Of a DNA stretch of 64,000 nucleotides, positions 1 to 17,414 are shown piece by piece. The first letter of the stretch is position 1, and each line of letters begins with the position of its first letter. Under the pieces are notes generated by a model. It was not told the DNA's origin. It did no database searches and saw only the letters and a program-made list of their open reading frames with translations. Both the position numbers and the translations under genes were made by a program. The stretch is from the human T2T-CHM13v2.0 reference genome, Homo sapiens, in assembly GCF_009914755.1 (NCBI RefSeq), contig NC_060938.1; one strand, given 5' to 3'.

Positions 1-561
1 TAACTTTTGAACCCTAGTTGTACTGTTAATTTGAAGGTATAGCTACTACCAAATAGTCTTTGAGAGAAATAACTGGAACAGATTGGTTTGACTGAAAACA
101 GTAAAGGAAATAGAATCAGTTGTCTGACTACTAGCTTTAAATTTAGACGTTTAAAATTCCTGAATATTTTACACTTTAGTTTCATCTTTAGTCTAAAGAG
201 GCCCATCAAGGGAAGATGCCTCTATCCCTTTAGAAACAACAGGGAAACTTGGTTTTAGAAAGGCAAGAAACAAAGTATATTGGAAAGTTTTCCTTCTCGG
301 GTAACTGGAGTGTTTAAGAAAGAAGGTCATTCTATGAGCATGGCATTTTAGAATAATTGTACTTTACCAGAAACCTGGTTCTCAAAAAATCTTCCAGCTT
401 TTTAAAAAAAAAATGTGTATATATATAAGAGTATGCTCTAAAATCATAAGCTAAAACTATATATGTTAAAATTCTGGTTTTAGGATTATAGTGAGTGCAT
501 GTAGTATGATTAAGATTATTTAAAATTCTAGATTGTAGACTGAAGTATGCAAACATTTTAA

Positions 562-1540
<979 letters not shown>

Positions 1541-4487
1541 ATGAGAAAGCAATAACGGAGCCAGTAATTGTGTTCTCGAAGCACTACGTTGTCAGTAAAA
1601 ATTAAAATAGCATAATCATTAAATACTCTTATTTTACTACGAATCCCCCCATAAATTGTGATTTCTGTTTGACAGATAATTTTTCTTTGTTTTTATTTTA
1701 ACCAGTGTAGAGGAAGTACCTTGGAACATTTAAACTAATAAACATGTATGTAGATACTTTTAAAACTATGATATAAAAGAGACACAGTTACATGTAAGGA
1801 GAAGAATAAAGGAATTGGTTTTACAGGAAAGTGCTAGTACCCCTTAATTCCTGGAATCAATGATGAAACTAGATTCAAACTTTGTTCTATTCACTTTCGT
1901 ATAGGACTGTGACGGGGCTTCTTTCACTTTAAGAAAGATTAATGTTTACACTGAACAAACCTTAATAATGTCATTTTATTTGAACAAATTCACATCATTA
2001 GAACTTTGGTGCTTTTTCTAAAGCTTGCTTAATGTTTCTTTTAAAAGTTTTAAACTATGCTTCAGTCCTTGCTGGATAGTACCTGTAAGTTCTTTGACTG
2101 GTTAAAAGATATATTACTAATCTTCACTGAAGTTTTTGTGAAATAATCAAATTTTTTTAGGTTGTAAAAAAAGCAGCAACAAATAGAGGAAATTACATCA
2201 GGAAAATTTGCATTTCAGCTGAGTGTCTTGTGAAAACTTTTAAAATATGACAATGGGCTAGTTTTATCCATACCAAATTCTATTTATATTTTTAATTGTT
2301 CTCCAGAAATTTGCCTCTTTAAGATAAAGTGATGACTATCATTAGGCTTTTGGAGGTGTTCACAGATTTGAATTTTTAAAGACATCCTCATATAAAATAC
2401 TCCAAAGATTGACTGTACAACCAAATGGAAATGTTTAGTCTTCCCATGAGTCACAAGTTGATTCAATCTTATTTGAGGCATATCATGAAATACTGTCAGT
2501 TGATATGTGTAGGATTTTAAATCATGTGAAATATACCTGACATTCTTGGAAGGAGCCAGAACCATGGAGAAAAATCTCGTTTGTTTTAAAATGCAAACTA
2601 ATCATCTTCCAGAAAGACTTATCAGTGTTCCTCAAGAAAAAGGGGTAACATTGTTTTGTGAAATTTTTGGAGTTCTAAGAAAACAGTTTTTTAAATGCCG
2701 CTTCTGAGATAATTCAAGTTAACATGTAACTAGCAGTAAATCATTAACATTAGGAAATGTGAATACTTACTTCAGTTGTTAGATTTCACTAGGAATAAAG
2801 GAAAAGTATTAGGAAAACCAATGTATTCTCTAAGGTGCAAGATGATTTTATAATTTCATGTGTGTATACAGTAACCTTAAATTTGTTAAAAAAGTTAAAA
2901 ACAGGAAACTAAATCTTGGTCTTGAATTACGTAAACATAGAATTGCAAACATTTTTGACTAAGATATGCCAGCTTTTTATTGTACATCTGAGTTATGATC
3001 TTCCCAGGTGAGATGAAATGGTCTTCAAGAGATTCACTTAGAGAATTTGTTTTGCAAATAGCAGTTAGGTAATAAAGTAACTAAATTAAGTGTTTTTAGG
3101 GCACTTTGCATAAATTCTAATTATTTTGGGATACATTTTTATAGTTAAATTTATTTTTAACTATGTTTTTAACTATTTTTATTGGAAACTATATATTTTT
3201 AAATTTGGGGAAAAGGTAATGGCAATTGCATCAAGACTTCAAAGTCTCGCATGGAGGCACTTGCGCATCATAAACATGACAGTTTTAAACATGGCACTTG
3301 TAAAATAGGGGACCATGATTTTTCGTACATCAACAAAATGTCTAATTTAGATGTACACTAGGTTTCTGTGGTCTGATTGGGACCTTAAGAATTGAGTACC
3401 AATCCTGGTTTTAAAAATTAAAAATAGAGATATTTAGAGAATGCAGTTGGAATTTTGTTTTGTAAATGAATTCCTAATGACTCAAAATATTTGCGGGTTT
3501 TTTTTTATTAAACTTAACTATTGCATTTTATATCTCAACTCAAATTTGTTTAAATGTGGCTGAGTAAAGGACATTTAACCTCAGCATAAATACTTGTTAG
3601 AATTACTTAATATTTCTACCTATATGTGAATGTGTGCATTTGTGTGTAAGATATATACAGAGTAGGTACTCTTTCCCTTTTGGATTTCAGTAAGAAGTTA
3701 TGTTGAACTCTAGGATTCAAAACTTTGAATTGCCAGCAAAACCGTGTCCAAATGGATTGTATGTTTTCCCTTTATAAATAAAGAACATTGTATATCATTT
3801 AAGGTTTTGTTGAAGACTAAGGTGGTTATTAAGAATTTCCATTTTAATAATGTGTTGTAAGAGTGATTTAGAGACTGCGGGAGTTTTGTCCCTGCCCTTA
3901 GATGGACCCAGACAGCTTTGTGTTTTTGTGTACATGCCTGATTTCTATACTTCATTGTCTCCTGTTACAAGTCACTGTACTTTCGTGAGAGAGCTCTTTC
4001 TGCATGTTCTTTACCTTTTTTTTTTTTTTTAACCAGTTAGCCATTTTTAATGTTTTAGGGACCTAGAAATCAGGTTACTGAGCTTGTTAGGATTTTGTTT
4101 GATTTAAGAGCATTTGGAACTCCGAGTATGGGTTTTTCTACACATAAAATACATGATTTTTTAATGCTTTTATATGACTTTTGTTGATTTATTTGGGCCA
4201 TCTGTGCTTGCTCATGTATTTGACATATTCCAAATAATGCTGAGCAAATTAAACTGGTAAAGGAAGTATTGGTTTGTAGGAGTTTGGACTGCATATTCAC
4301 ATATCCCTATATACCTTGTTTTTTATATATCTATCTCTGTTACCTTGAGTTTATAGACTTCAAGTTAACTCCATTGAACTTTACAATACCTCTGCCAGTA
4401 AAATGTGTACTATTATCCCATTTTACAGATGATGTACACAAGACTTAGAATTGCCTAGGATTACATAGCTGTGAAGAATTAAAACCA

Positions 4488-4788
4488 TTTTTCTTTTTTT
4501 TGTTTTGAGACGGAGTCTCGCTCTGTTGCCCAGGCTGGAATGCAGTGGTGCGATGATCTCGGCTCACTGCAAGCTCCGCCTCCTGGGTTCATGCCATTCT
4601 CCTGCCTCAGCCTCCTGAATAGCTGGGACTATAGGTGCTCACCACCATGCCCGGCTAATTTTTTGTATTTTTAGTAGAGACGGAGTTTCACTGTGTTAGC
4701 CAGGATGGTCTCATCTCCTGACCTTGTGATCCGCCCGCCTCGGCCTCACAGAGTGCTGGGATTACAGGCGTGAGCCACCACACCCGGC
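4488..4788 (-). mobile_element. AluY
   Basis: Full dimer in antisense with AluY diagnostics (caagctccgcc, ttcatgccattc); aaaccat TSD remnant. Confidence 0.9.
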
Positions 4789-5844
4789 TGAAACCATGTT
4801 TCAAATACATTTTTTTAAAATAAGTTTGGTAGTTTTTCTCTGGGTCTAGGTCAGATTTTTGCTCTTGGTTAGAAACTATACTTATAAAATGTGTTAGAAA
4901 GTATTAGGAAGGTTTTAGACTTTTCAAAGAGTAAAATAATTTTAAAATTGTGGTTATACTGCTACTTTTGAAACTAGTGTCAGTACTAGATGATGTCAGT
5001 TTGCTTTTTGGGGTAGAGATTCTGGTGTGAAATTTGGCCCCCAGCACTTCTAAAATGGGTACTGTAGAAGAGTATATTGGATTGAACTTTTTTAGTCGTA
5101 GGAAACTGAATCATTGTAGTTACATTTTAGTTGTAAATAGTTTGTTTTAAAAAGACTTCATTATTTATTTGATCATGATGCTATTTTCTGAAGTGAAAAC
5201 TTGGCTTTTGTCTAATATGAATGGGATTGAGTTTTGGATAAAAATCAGATTTCTTTGTTGCTGTCATGTTAGTGATTTTTTTTTTCTTTTTTGATTATAG
5301 AAATGTATACTCTTAAAATTGGGAAAAAAATCACAGGGCCTAACTGCAGTATTCAGTTTAATTTTCACTACTATTTCATTTGAATTTAAAAGCATGATGT
5401 GTTTGATACTGTTTTTGAAGTTACTGTTGTAGTATGTGTATTTAGTGATAAGTTTTTGTGTCTAAAGCAATGGTGTTTTGATTCTATTGAAACATTTTTG
5501 TTATAAGTAGATTATATTTTAGTGAACAGCTCTTTAATTTTATAGGCAGAGCACTCAATCGGTGTCATTGAGCAAAATTATTAATGCTTATTTATGCTTC
5601 TTGAATTAAGCTGCTTTTTGGTAATTATTCATAAAGTCACTGCCTTTTTCAGAAGAATTAAACTCACTAGTAGTTAGAAACATGGAATTTAGCATATATG
5701 ATTTTATGTGCATATTGAGATTGTAGTCCCCCTTGCTAAATTGATGTGGATCTATAACTGTAAGGAAGCTTATTACTTTATGGTTTAATATCCAGCACAA
5801 AGCGTGTAAATAAAATAAATAGCATGTTGTCTTTATCTTCAAAG

Positions 5845-5898
5845 GCATTATATTGTACTTCTAGCAAGTGCACCAACAGAAAAACAACGCCTGGAATG
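5845..5898 (+). CDS. PAPOLA: PAPOLA coding exon 13: HYIVLLASAPTEKQRLE(W), start of the RNA-binding domain
   Basis: Acceptor ttcaaag and donor gtgagt; 54 nt; phase-compatible with exon 12 (AA|G). Confidence 0.97.
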
Positions 5899-6364
5899 GT
5901 GAGTATAAGAATAGACTTTACAGAAAAAGCAAACTTCAAAATGAATCACATAGCCACTGAACACAGTAGGAGATGGGAGGAAGTCCTTAAAACTTCTAGT
6001 TTGGTTTGATTTGTTCACAAATGGAGCTTTACTGTGTGTAGTGGAAGTACAGAAATCAGGAGATCCATATGCAACTTATTTTTTTGTTTGCTTTATGGAG
6101 ATCCGTGCATAATTTCTTAATTGTATATTTAAAGTGCACTTATAGCTTGTTTTTCTTAAAATTTTTGTGTGGATAACTTTTGTAACCTTGCTGGTGTGAA
6201 TGGAGTGTTTCTTGGCTCTTTTTTCCCCGTTGTTTGGCAATTTTGGGTAGAACATAAGGCTTCTGGTTTTATCTGTGGGAGTTCAGCTAGTTGAAATGCC
6301 CTGGTATGTGCATTTTATTTATTTATTTTTAAGTTAACCAAAACTTTTTGTTAATACTAAGTGA

Positions 6365-6496
<132 letters not shown>

Positions 6497-7700
6497 TAAG
6501 CCCTTTTCTAATTTAATTTCTTCTTCCCATTTCCAATTTTTATTCATAGAAGCTTTTACAGGCATTTTTTATAACTAGTATAACTATTCTGTTGACTACA
6601 TATGGCTTATAGACAATTTAGAACTTATAATTTAGTTTTTCCTGATCAGAAACATTGAAGAGAAAGACTGTTTCGTGAGAAAAATCAGCACACATTTTTT
6701 TTCTGATAATATTCTTCCAATGATGAGGTGCCTGTTAGCTAGAGTTTACATTCTACAGTTCTGCTTTAATACTGTCTTTACCATTCCTTCTTAATATTTT
6801 TTCTTCTCCTGTTTTGTACAATAGTTGTCAGAATAGCTGGTATACCATACATCAGTCTTTGCTTTTTATCTTAATTTTTTGTTATGAACTTATAAAAATC
6901 TGATTTATGCGTGATTCTGGACTGTTGAGAAGATAACATAAGAAAAAGCAGAGTCAGTTTACCTTTTTAGGGGTCTTTTATTTATGTAGGTTAGTTGTTG
7001 ATTTGATTGTTTGCTGTTCGTATGAGACTAGACTCTATACTTTGTTGCATTGGAGAATTGGAGAGTACTAGTAATGAGCTTATTTTAAAAAATAAAGCAG
7101 CATTAAAACAAGTGAAAGGATCATTAAATTTGTGTTATACAGTATTCTTATTGATTATATAGATTTTTTTATTTTGTAATTATATAAGAGTTTTTTTACA
7201 TTTTGTGGTAATTCTAATCTTAATTATAACAAGACCGTTTGATGTTCCATTCAGTAGATAAACTGTTAAATGTTCAAAAGTAGCTAAATCACTAATTACT
7301 CCTGTTATGCTTCTGTTCATGTGGCCTTTTAAATTGAATTTTTGAAGTTTAAGAAATATCTATTAAGTTCTAGTTAAATTTCTGTATTTAGAAAAATCCT
7401 TTTTTTCCCAGATTTTTCTAAAAAGATTATTCTTTTTCCTTCATTAGTTTAAAGATAATTTTTCTTTGATTTCAGTGGCTTTGGTTCTTTAGAATCATCA
7501 TTAAGGACATTGACTATCAATGCACAGTTAGTAAGAGTATATTTCTCCTGGATCTCTGTTTATGTTGTAGTAGGAATATAGAGGACAGGTGTGGGTGAGG
7601 ACTTTGCGTTTTCATGGAGCTTGGGCTTAGAACTTTTAGTTTGCTCATACATTTGTATTGTAAGTTTTTCCATGTCTCTGATTGTCAGCCACACTGATAG

Positions 7701-7877
<177 letters not shown>

Positions 7878-8010
7878 TAATCAAAACACTTCAGTTCTTG
7901 CATATTTCAAATTGTCTTGATGCATACCATAGTGATATTTACAATAATTGTTGAAATTACTTGCGAATATTGAACTATCATCAGAATAATGGTTTTGTAT
8001 TAGTCTAATA

Positions 8011-8239
8011 CAGATTGAGTATTCCTTATCCACAATGCTTGGGACCAGAAGTGTTTAGGATTTTTTCAGATTTTGGAATATTTACATTACACTTACCAGT
8101 TGAGCATCCCTAGTCTGAAAATATGAAATTTGAAATACTTCAGTGAGCATTTCCTTTAAGTATCATGTTGGCACTCACAAATTTTTGCATTTTGTAGCAG
8201 TTTCAGTGTCAGATTTTTGGATTAGGGATACTCAACCTG
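8011..8239 (+). mobile_element. Tigger4a/MER46A-like MITE (TcMar-Tigger)
   Basis: Terminal inverted repeats cagattgagtattcc...gggatactcaacctg preceded by TA; the interior matches the recalled consensus. Confidence 0.8.
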
Positions 8240-9619
8240 TGTATACACGATTTTTCTCTATTGTGGTGACCTTAAAGTTAAGTAGAACCATTCCAAACTT
8301 GACTTGCGCATAATTTCTTGAGAAATGGGAAACAACTTGAATATATGGTTGTCTAGACTGAATCTGTGTCTAACTGCCTTCATCATCTTGAACCTGAGAA
8401 ATTGATGAAGCAGAACTTGTGATGACCTGGAGAAATTTTCCGACTATGGGGATTCAAATGTTAATGCATAGGTGGGAAATAGGCTGATTATATGTAGATT
8501 TCAGATTGACCTGTACCCTAAGATGAAAGGTAGTTCATTTTAACCAAAGACCAAATGGTGGATGTAGTTGAGAGAATGAGTCTATATGTAGCTGCACAAC
8601 TTTTAATGGGAATGGCAAATACTACGCATAGGGACAACCGCATTTCTTCTTTAAGGACTAATCCTTTTCTCTCGCAGATACTGTCCTTCTCTCCCCATTT
8701 AAAACAAATGTAGTAAGTGGCATTTTTATTCCCTTTGAGGAGTTTTCACTTGAGAACATACAGACTTAAAATTAAGAAATGTTTTACCTAATTACAGGAG
8801 AGAAAAAAGTTAGTGCCAGTTTGTTAAAAAGTCAGTATCGTACACTAACTGTGATATAAAGGAGAAATAAAAGGAAAAGGATATGTATTTCAATATGTCA
8901 GTGCTCAGATACAGTGACACTAGAAGATAACTTAAGAGTCAAGTGATTGCACTTTATGTAGAATCGCGAGCAGTGTGACATCTATAAATTCTGACTGATA
9001 CAAGTGTTGTCTGTAGGGATTCAGCTATCACCAGCAGCGTTAGCATTGGTGACCTGGTAAAAGTGAAAGTTGCAAATAAAAAGTGATCTGATTTTGATAT
9101 GCTTGGTGGTAGTTGTATTCCTGGAAATTTCAAATTAAAATACTCTATTTTTTGTTTGTTTTTTCTCGTTTTTTATTTTAAATACTCCATTTTTTAAATT
9201 TAAAATTGAAGTGAATTCTTGTTTAAATAATTGCCAAGTAGGTTTTTTTGTCTTTAGGAATGTAGGAAGGACATGGTATAATTCTGTGTTGGGTAGAACT
9301 GTCCACATTGAAAGATATATAGTGTTTCTAGGCATAATACCTTTTAATCAATACAATAACAAAAATACCTCTGCAGATTTTTAGAATGTCGTATGTAGGG
9401 TGATACTCCACCTGCTGAACACCACAGAAGTATTTTTTCCTGAAGTAAAAATTCTGATGTTAACTCATTTATGAACTAATAAGTCACGGATACTTACCTG
9501 GATTAGAAATTTGTTCTGTACATTGCATTCAAGTTAAGATGTTTATCAAAGATTGCACTAATGAACCATCAAGATTTTCAAGGATGTTTTAGGTATTTTG
9601 GGAAGGAAATATTTAGTTG

Positions 9620-10820
9620 TCCTGTATATTGAAACACTTTAATCCAATACTTTATGGGATTTTTAAAGAAAATAGGTTTCACATATTCAGCACACAAATG
9701 TTCACTCCCAACCCCTACCAGTTTCTTTTCAAGTTATTTTGGTTGTTCAACCTAGAGACATTGGAATCAGTCTTTGACTCCTGTTTTTTCCATATTTGAT
9801 GTTAATCCACTATAAAATCTTTTTGCCTCTTCTTTCAGAATACATTGAGGTTTCTGCTACTTAGTACTGTTCCCACTGCTTTCACCCTAAGTCCTAGCCA
9901 CTATAGTGCTGTTGGATCACTGTCATTGCCAAAACTTTCTCTTTTGCCCTTGCCCCCTTCAGCTGTTCTTACCTAGTGTCCAGATGATATTTTTAAGCCA
10001 GATCATATCTTGCCTCCTTAAAACCTTTGAGTATTTGTCTCACTCAAAATAAAAGTCCAAGTCTTTACTGTGGTTTGCAAGCCTCTGCCTGATCTGCCTT
10101 TTTCATTATGTCTGTGACCTTACCTCCTGTTATAAGTTCACAGTCCTTTATCTGTAAGTTTTGGAGCCAGAAGGGTAATAAAGTTAGTAAGTAATATACC
10201 CAGTGAGGCCTGGAGCAGCATTTGGTACTGAAAGACAGTATCATTTCTGCAGGGAACCATTGGTACTCACATGGAGCAAAAGGTAAAGACCATATAGCCA
10301 TAGCCACAAATAGTTCAGAACAGGGTTTGTTACTAGATGAATTTTGTTTCCTATCTTAGAAAAACTTGTGTGTTGAGAGTTTTTGGGATTTTGGAGTTGC
10401 ACATAAGGGATTATGGATTTCTACTTTTCATCTTCTTCATTGGCATTTTTCTTGTTTCTCAAATGTTCCAGGCATTTTCTGCTGCTTAGGGCATTTTGTT
10501 CTTGATGTTTGCTTTCTCTGGAATGCTATTTCACCAGGTACTCTCAGCTTACATCCTCATGTTCATTTAAATCTTCAGTCAGATGTCAACTCAGTTTCCA
10601 GGCTGAGCTTCCTATCCTACTCCCTACGTGGTTTTTCTCAGTAATACTTATCATCATCTGACACGGACTATAGTTTATGTTTTATTTTTTTGTGTTTATT
10701 CTATTCTCCCTACTGTAATGTAGACCCTTTGAGGCTACGTTGGTCTTTGTTCACTGCTTATCTCCAGTGTCTAGGACAATATGAATCAAGTATAGGTGTT
10801 TCATAAATATGTTTTGTATG
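9620..10820 (+). mobile_element. L2 LINE 3' fragment interrupted by a Tigger MITE
   Basis: L2-like 3' end (gttcactgcttatctccagtgtctagga...ataaatatgtt); degraded, boundaries approximate. Confidence 0.6.
10132..10421. mobile_element. MER46C-like Tigger MITE
   Basis: Ends resemble the inverted repeats cacagtcctttatc / ataagggattatgga. Confidence 0.5.
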
Positions 10821-11379
10821 ACCGACTTTTTTACTTTTTGGGGCCCTCTGGATCTAAATAATTTGAATTTATTTAATTGTAGCATTTTCTTTTTGTACCT
10901 GTGACCTCTGTTATTTAAATTATTACTATATTAGAAAGTATGTCATTAGTTAGTTTTATCTTGCAGATTCTTGTAAAGATACCTTTAGGTATAGTTTAAT
11001 AAGTTTGACTTATTTTACAGCATGTGTTACATACTTGGGTAAAGTTTTAAAGAATAGTACTGGTAGCATAAAAGGGTATGGGTGTAAGAAACCCTTTTCC
11101 CCTCATTTCTGCCATTTCTTAAAGAGTTACTCTTTAGAGTTACTACTTTAAGAGCTATTTAAAGGGTTACTACACTGGAAGAATTAATACATTTTGTGCT
11201 TTTATTCAGCTCATCTTGTGGTAAAAGGAGTTTGCTCAGGCAATGAATTATGTCAGATTAGGAATAGGTCTTGACCGATCTACAGATATGCAGTATTGAT
11301 GGAAAAAGGATCCCTACTTAGAATAGTTTCTCTGGAGTGAGTATAACTGCCTTTATTAAAATGTTTCTATTTCTTGTAA

Positions 11380-11619
<240 letters not shown>

Positions 11620-12499
11620 TAAATAGATGACAGCTTTTTAAAAATCTGTTTCATGGAGCAGTTTCATTATGTGAAATCTGACTCTAATCAGTTTTCTTGC
11701 ACACAGTTGCTTTAGATTTTAGAAGGATTAGTGGTGATGCTTCATATCCTTACTTTGTATATACCCGTATTCTCTTTTAGGACTTTTTATTCTTATTCAC
11801 TTAAAAATCCCACACCAGTATTTAATTTTCTTTCCTTTAAAAAGTAAACTAAATTAAATTAGTAAGGAAATATGTGGGTCAAGTAAATTATGTGAGACTT
11901 TTAAAAAATGAAAGTCGCTTTTTTTGGTGAATGTAAAAAATATAACGTATATTAAAAACTAAAAGTTGCTGAGTGTAAAGGAGGTCATGAACAGAGGTCA
12001 CTGAGTTAATATTTTGCATTACATTGTTCTAGTGTTAGTGCTTCCTTTTGAATAACTTAGAGCCATTTTTTCCTTATTTGGACTTTAGTGAGCATATTGG
12101 AATTTTAGTGGACAGATACAAATTACGTTTTTTCTTTAAGTGATTTCAAAAATAGATGGTTTATTCTTATAATGGAATACTTCACAGTATGCAGCAGTGA
12201 AAATAAATGAACTACAACTGCATATACTAATATGTTGAATAAAAAAGGCACATGTATGTATGTATCACTTGATACTTCCATATAAAGTTTACAAGTTTAA
12301 AAACCTAAAAAACAATGTATTTAGGAGAGAATATGAAATAAAAGTATATGTTACAGAATGACAACTACTGCATTCAGGAAAATGGCTGGTTGTCTGGGAT
12401 TGGGGTTGGGAGGAAAGGAATGAAATTAATACACAAAAGACTTTAATTTTATAATATTTTGTTTCTTAAAACAATATATTATGATACAAAAGCATTGAA

Positions 12500-12760
12500 G
12501 TTAATTAAAGGCAAGGACTCTGGAGTGGACTGCCTTGTTCAAATTCAGGCTCTACTGTTTCCTACCTGTGAAATTTGAGCAAGTTACATGGCAAACATCT
12601 TATTCTTGATTTGTCTCATCCCTAAAATTGTGGCAATATTTTTACCTATTTTATTAGGTATTTCATGAGGATTAAATGAGCCAATACATAAATACATGTA
12701 AATGGTGGTTTAGACTAGCTCCTGGCACATAATAAATGCTCATATTGGCTTTTGTTATCA
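12500..12760 (+). mobile_element. MIR SINE, near full length
   Basis: ggactctggagtggactgcc...gaggattaaatgag...cctggcacataataaatgctc matches MIR. Confidence 0.75.
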
Positions 12761-12851
12761 CCATCATTGTTATTCACAACTTGGAGATAGGTAGATAGAT
12801 GGGGAGGGGTCTAAAATCAGTTTTTAAGGTTTAAACATGATGTTATTCTAA

Positions 12852-13149
12852 TTTTTTTTTTTTTTTTTGAGACGGAGTCTCACTCTGTTGCCCAGGCTGG
12901 AGTGCCGTGGCACAATTTCGGCTCACTGCAAGCTCCGCCTCCTGGGTTCACGCCATTCTCCTGCCTCAGCCTCATGAGTAGCTGGGACTACAGGTGCCCA
13001 CCACCACACCCAGCTAATTTTTTGTATTTTTAGTAGAGACGGGGTTTCACCGTGTTAGCCAGGATGGTCTCGATCTCCTGGCCTCGTGATCCGCCTGCCT
13101 CAGCCTTCCAAAGTGCTGGGATTACAGGTGTGAGCCACAGCACCTGGCC
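12852..13149 (-). mobile_element. AluY
   Basis: Antisense full dimer with caagctccgcc / ttcacgccattc / gttagccaggatgg diagnostics. Confidence 0.9.
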
Positions 13150-13447
13150 AAAAATTTTCTTCTTAACCTAATGGTTTACTAAAAATTTAGTTAACTAAAT
13201 AAAAATTGACAAAAATGTACCATTCTCAATGTACTATTTATACACAGACTGTTCAGTGCATGTTTCCACATATTTATTGTAAAATTTTCCATCAAGCAGT
13301 TTTATTTTAAAATTAAAGTATCTCAGCTAGAGCTTAGCCTCAGGAAAACAAAACTAAAATATCAAGTTAAACACTTGCTTTCTAATTGTCCTTTAGTGTT
13401 GTATTATTAATAGGTTAAATCAATTGTACTTAAATGTAAATTTATCA

Positions 13448-13760
<313 letters not shown>

Positions 13761-16042
13761 ATAATTTTTTTAAAAAAGTATACAAACGTTTTATGTTTTC
13801 AGAAGTGAAAGTAGATTATGTTCTTTAGAACTTGGCTATTTCTTATGAATATTTAATTCATAATCAAATAGCTATTTAATAAACAGCTATTTATAACAGA
13901 TAATTAGATTTCTCAGAATCATATATTCAGATTACCTTTTTAAACTCTTAGTATTTCCATGACAATATTGATATTTGGAACCATCTTGTGTACATTTTAA
14001 GTAAATTTGAATATAAGATGTTTTATTATTTCTTTAAATATAGTCATCTAGAATATAAAGAGAATCATTAATGATTGGAAATTTGTTTTTTGGTCCAAAA
14101 ATTCTATCAGATGAAGTAACTATAATTTCACAGCAAACCTACTTTTAACATTTTATTTATACACAGACTGTTCAGTGCCTGTTACCACATACATATTTTT
14201 AAAAGGTTTTTGATTAAACTTGCTATTTTGTGACCTGCCTTTTTTTGTGTTAACATATCGTGACCATCTATCCAAATTACATTTTTAGTGGTTGTTTAAT
14301 ATCTCTTTATATAGCTACAGTATGATTAAATCTACCCTGTATTTGAGATCATTTAGATTATTTCTAAGTTTGCATTAGTAAAATAGCACTTTCTTGCTTA
14401 ATAACAAGTGTCTAGGAGTCAAGATCTATGAATGTTTTGTTTGGACTCTTATAAATAGCTTCCTTTTATTAACTGCTTTTTGCAAAGCACTGTACGAGTC
14501 CTTTTTATATTTAATATTCCACCAACCCATGGGTATTGTCTTTAGTAGCAGAAACTGAGGGGTTGAGAACCTTGCCCTGGGTTATGTAGTATGAGCTGTG
14601 AATTGGACCTAGGTCTGACTGCAAAGTATGTGTGTGTGTTTCTTTCTGTAGTATGTTCTTTGTTTTATTTTATTAAAAATTATGATAGAATATTTATGAC
14701 TATTTGGCTTTGAGGTCTCTTGCTACCAAACTTGATCTGGATATAGAAGCAAACAAAGCAAAGTAGCTTAATGCTGTTTTGTGTTTAGACCAACCAGATA
14801 AACTTTCACAGTTTATCCCCAACAGTGGCCTGTTAACTCACAGCTGTTTGGCCACTTAGTGAGGCAGGTAGGCAGGTAACTGTAGAACTGAATATAATTT
14901 ACTTACTGAATAAATCCTCATATCTAGTGGAGAGTAAGATTGGTAGCATTGTTGAATAGAAGAGATACTCATTTATAATATTAGGTACTTCTATTTCACG
15001 ACTGACTTCATAAGCAAATGGCATTACTCTCTCTTCCTCTCCTTTCTACCAAATCTCATCTTCCCCATTTGATCAATTTTCATTCATGTACATAAGTGAT
15101 ATGTCTAGTGCTAAATCAAAGATAAGAATATTTTGTTATTTGGGGAACTAGAAAGCAGAGAATGCAGGCACATGTATAAGGAATGTATTTTTGTCAACAG
15201 TATAAATTATTTTCATTAAAATGTTTCTGTAGGTAAGTGAACACAGGCTAAACATTCTGGAAAAAAAAATTAAGCTGAATGTAATATTACAGTAGTACCA
15301 AATAGCGAAAATTTAAACTCTGTTACTAGAAAGCAACTTTAATTCCATGAAACCATCCATAGTTTTTGGTTTTTCTGCATTATTTGTTTTGGGGTGCTTT
15401 GATTTTTAAGGAGGACCAACATTAGGATTTGTATATTATGTTTAGTTTTCAGAAAGTTATTTCTGCTTTTCTTTTCACAGGATAATTTACAGTATTAAGC
15501 ATGCCATTTAAAAAATTCTGAATTGCAATTAGAGCACTGAAGTCTCTTGCTTTTGAGAGAGGCTCTTTTTATTGACAAATAGTAAGGAGTGGCAATAAGT
15601 TACACTTTTTGAAATTAAAAAAATTTTATATTTATTGTAGGATAATTAGAAATCTATATGTAAACAAAATCACTTCTAGTCCCACTTTCCAGAGTCATTG
15701 TAGTCCCATGTTTATTGTTGAGACATTTCTTTCTTGTGTGTGTATATTTTTAGAGTTCTCTGATTTGAGATTCTTGTGTTTTTATATTATAGTGTTTTTA
15801 ATTTGTGTTGTATCTTACAGTCAGTATGTACATTTAATACGGCATTTCTTTCTCCCTTTTTCTCCCACATAAGAACTATATTTAATGTTGATGCCTTCTT
15901 AGAAGAAAGTACTTGACTCCCAAATCGTTGCCTTTTAGAGTCAGCATGGCACATCTAACTTTCGTAGATTTAGTGATCTGTGCTTTTCAGTAAAAATCAT
16001 ATATGTTAAGTAAAAGGTTTCCATGTTTCAACATTTGGATGA

Positions 16043-16225
<183 letters not shown>

Positions 16226-16681
16226 TAAGGAAAAAGAGGGAAATAGAAGTGGAGGGGCTGTTTGCTAAATCAATCAGATACATTCTCTTTTTGCTATTAA
16301 AGTCATCTATTTAGAATGTTATTTTCATTCCATCTACTAATTTTTTTTTAAATAGCAATTTAATTCCCAGGTTTGGGGATAGTACTTTTTGGTTTTGTCT
16401 TGTCATACTTAACATTTTATTTTTGAGACTGATAATGTCTTCAGTCAGATGTGAATGAATGTTAGCACATAACCCCTCCAAATTCATGTATTTAGATAGC
16501 TACTGCTACAGTGCACTGTATGGTGTGCTGATGAGAACAGACAAAAGGAACAAAACCACCTTTCTGTCCCAGAGCTGCTTATACCTTTGTAACAGGGAAT
16601 GTGTCTATGATAGTTAGGGAAACCTGTTTTAGAAGAGCTAGATATCTGTCTAACATTTACAGCAGTTAAAATTTTAAAAAT

Positions 16682-17414
<733 letters not shown>

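Noticed and set aside
1860-1954. Intronic ATGATGA...CTGA resembling C/D-box snoRNA boxes
   Set aside because: No terminal stem, no recognisable rRNA guide, and far from the branch point; such motifs are common in AT-rich introns.
8946-9558. Two AUUGCAC (U1A-binding) heptamers in intron 15, attractive because U1A inhibits PAP
   Set aside because: They are 600 nt apart with no PIE-like stem-loop context, and the count is compatible with chance.
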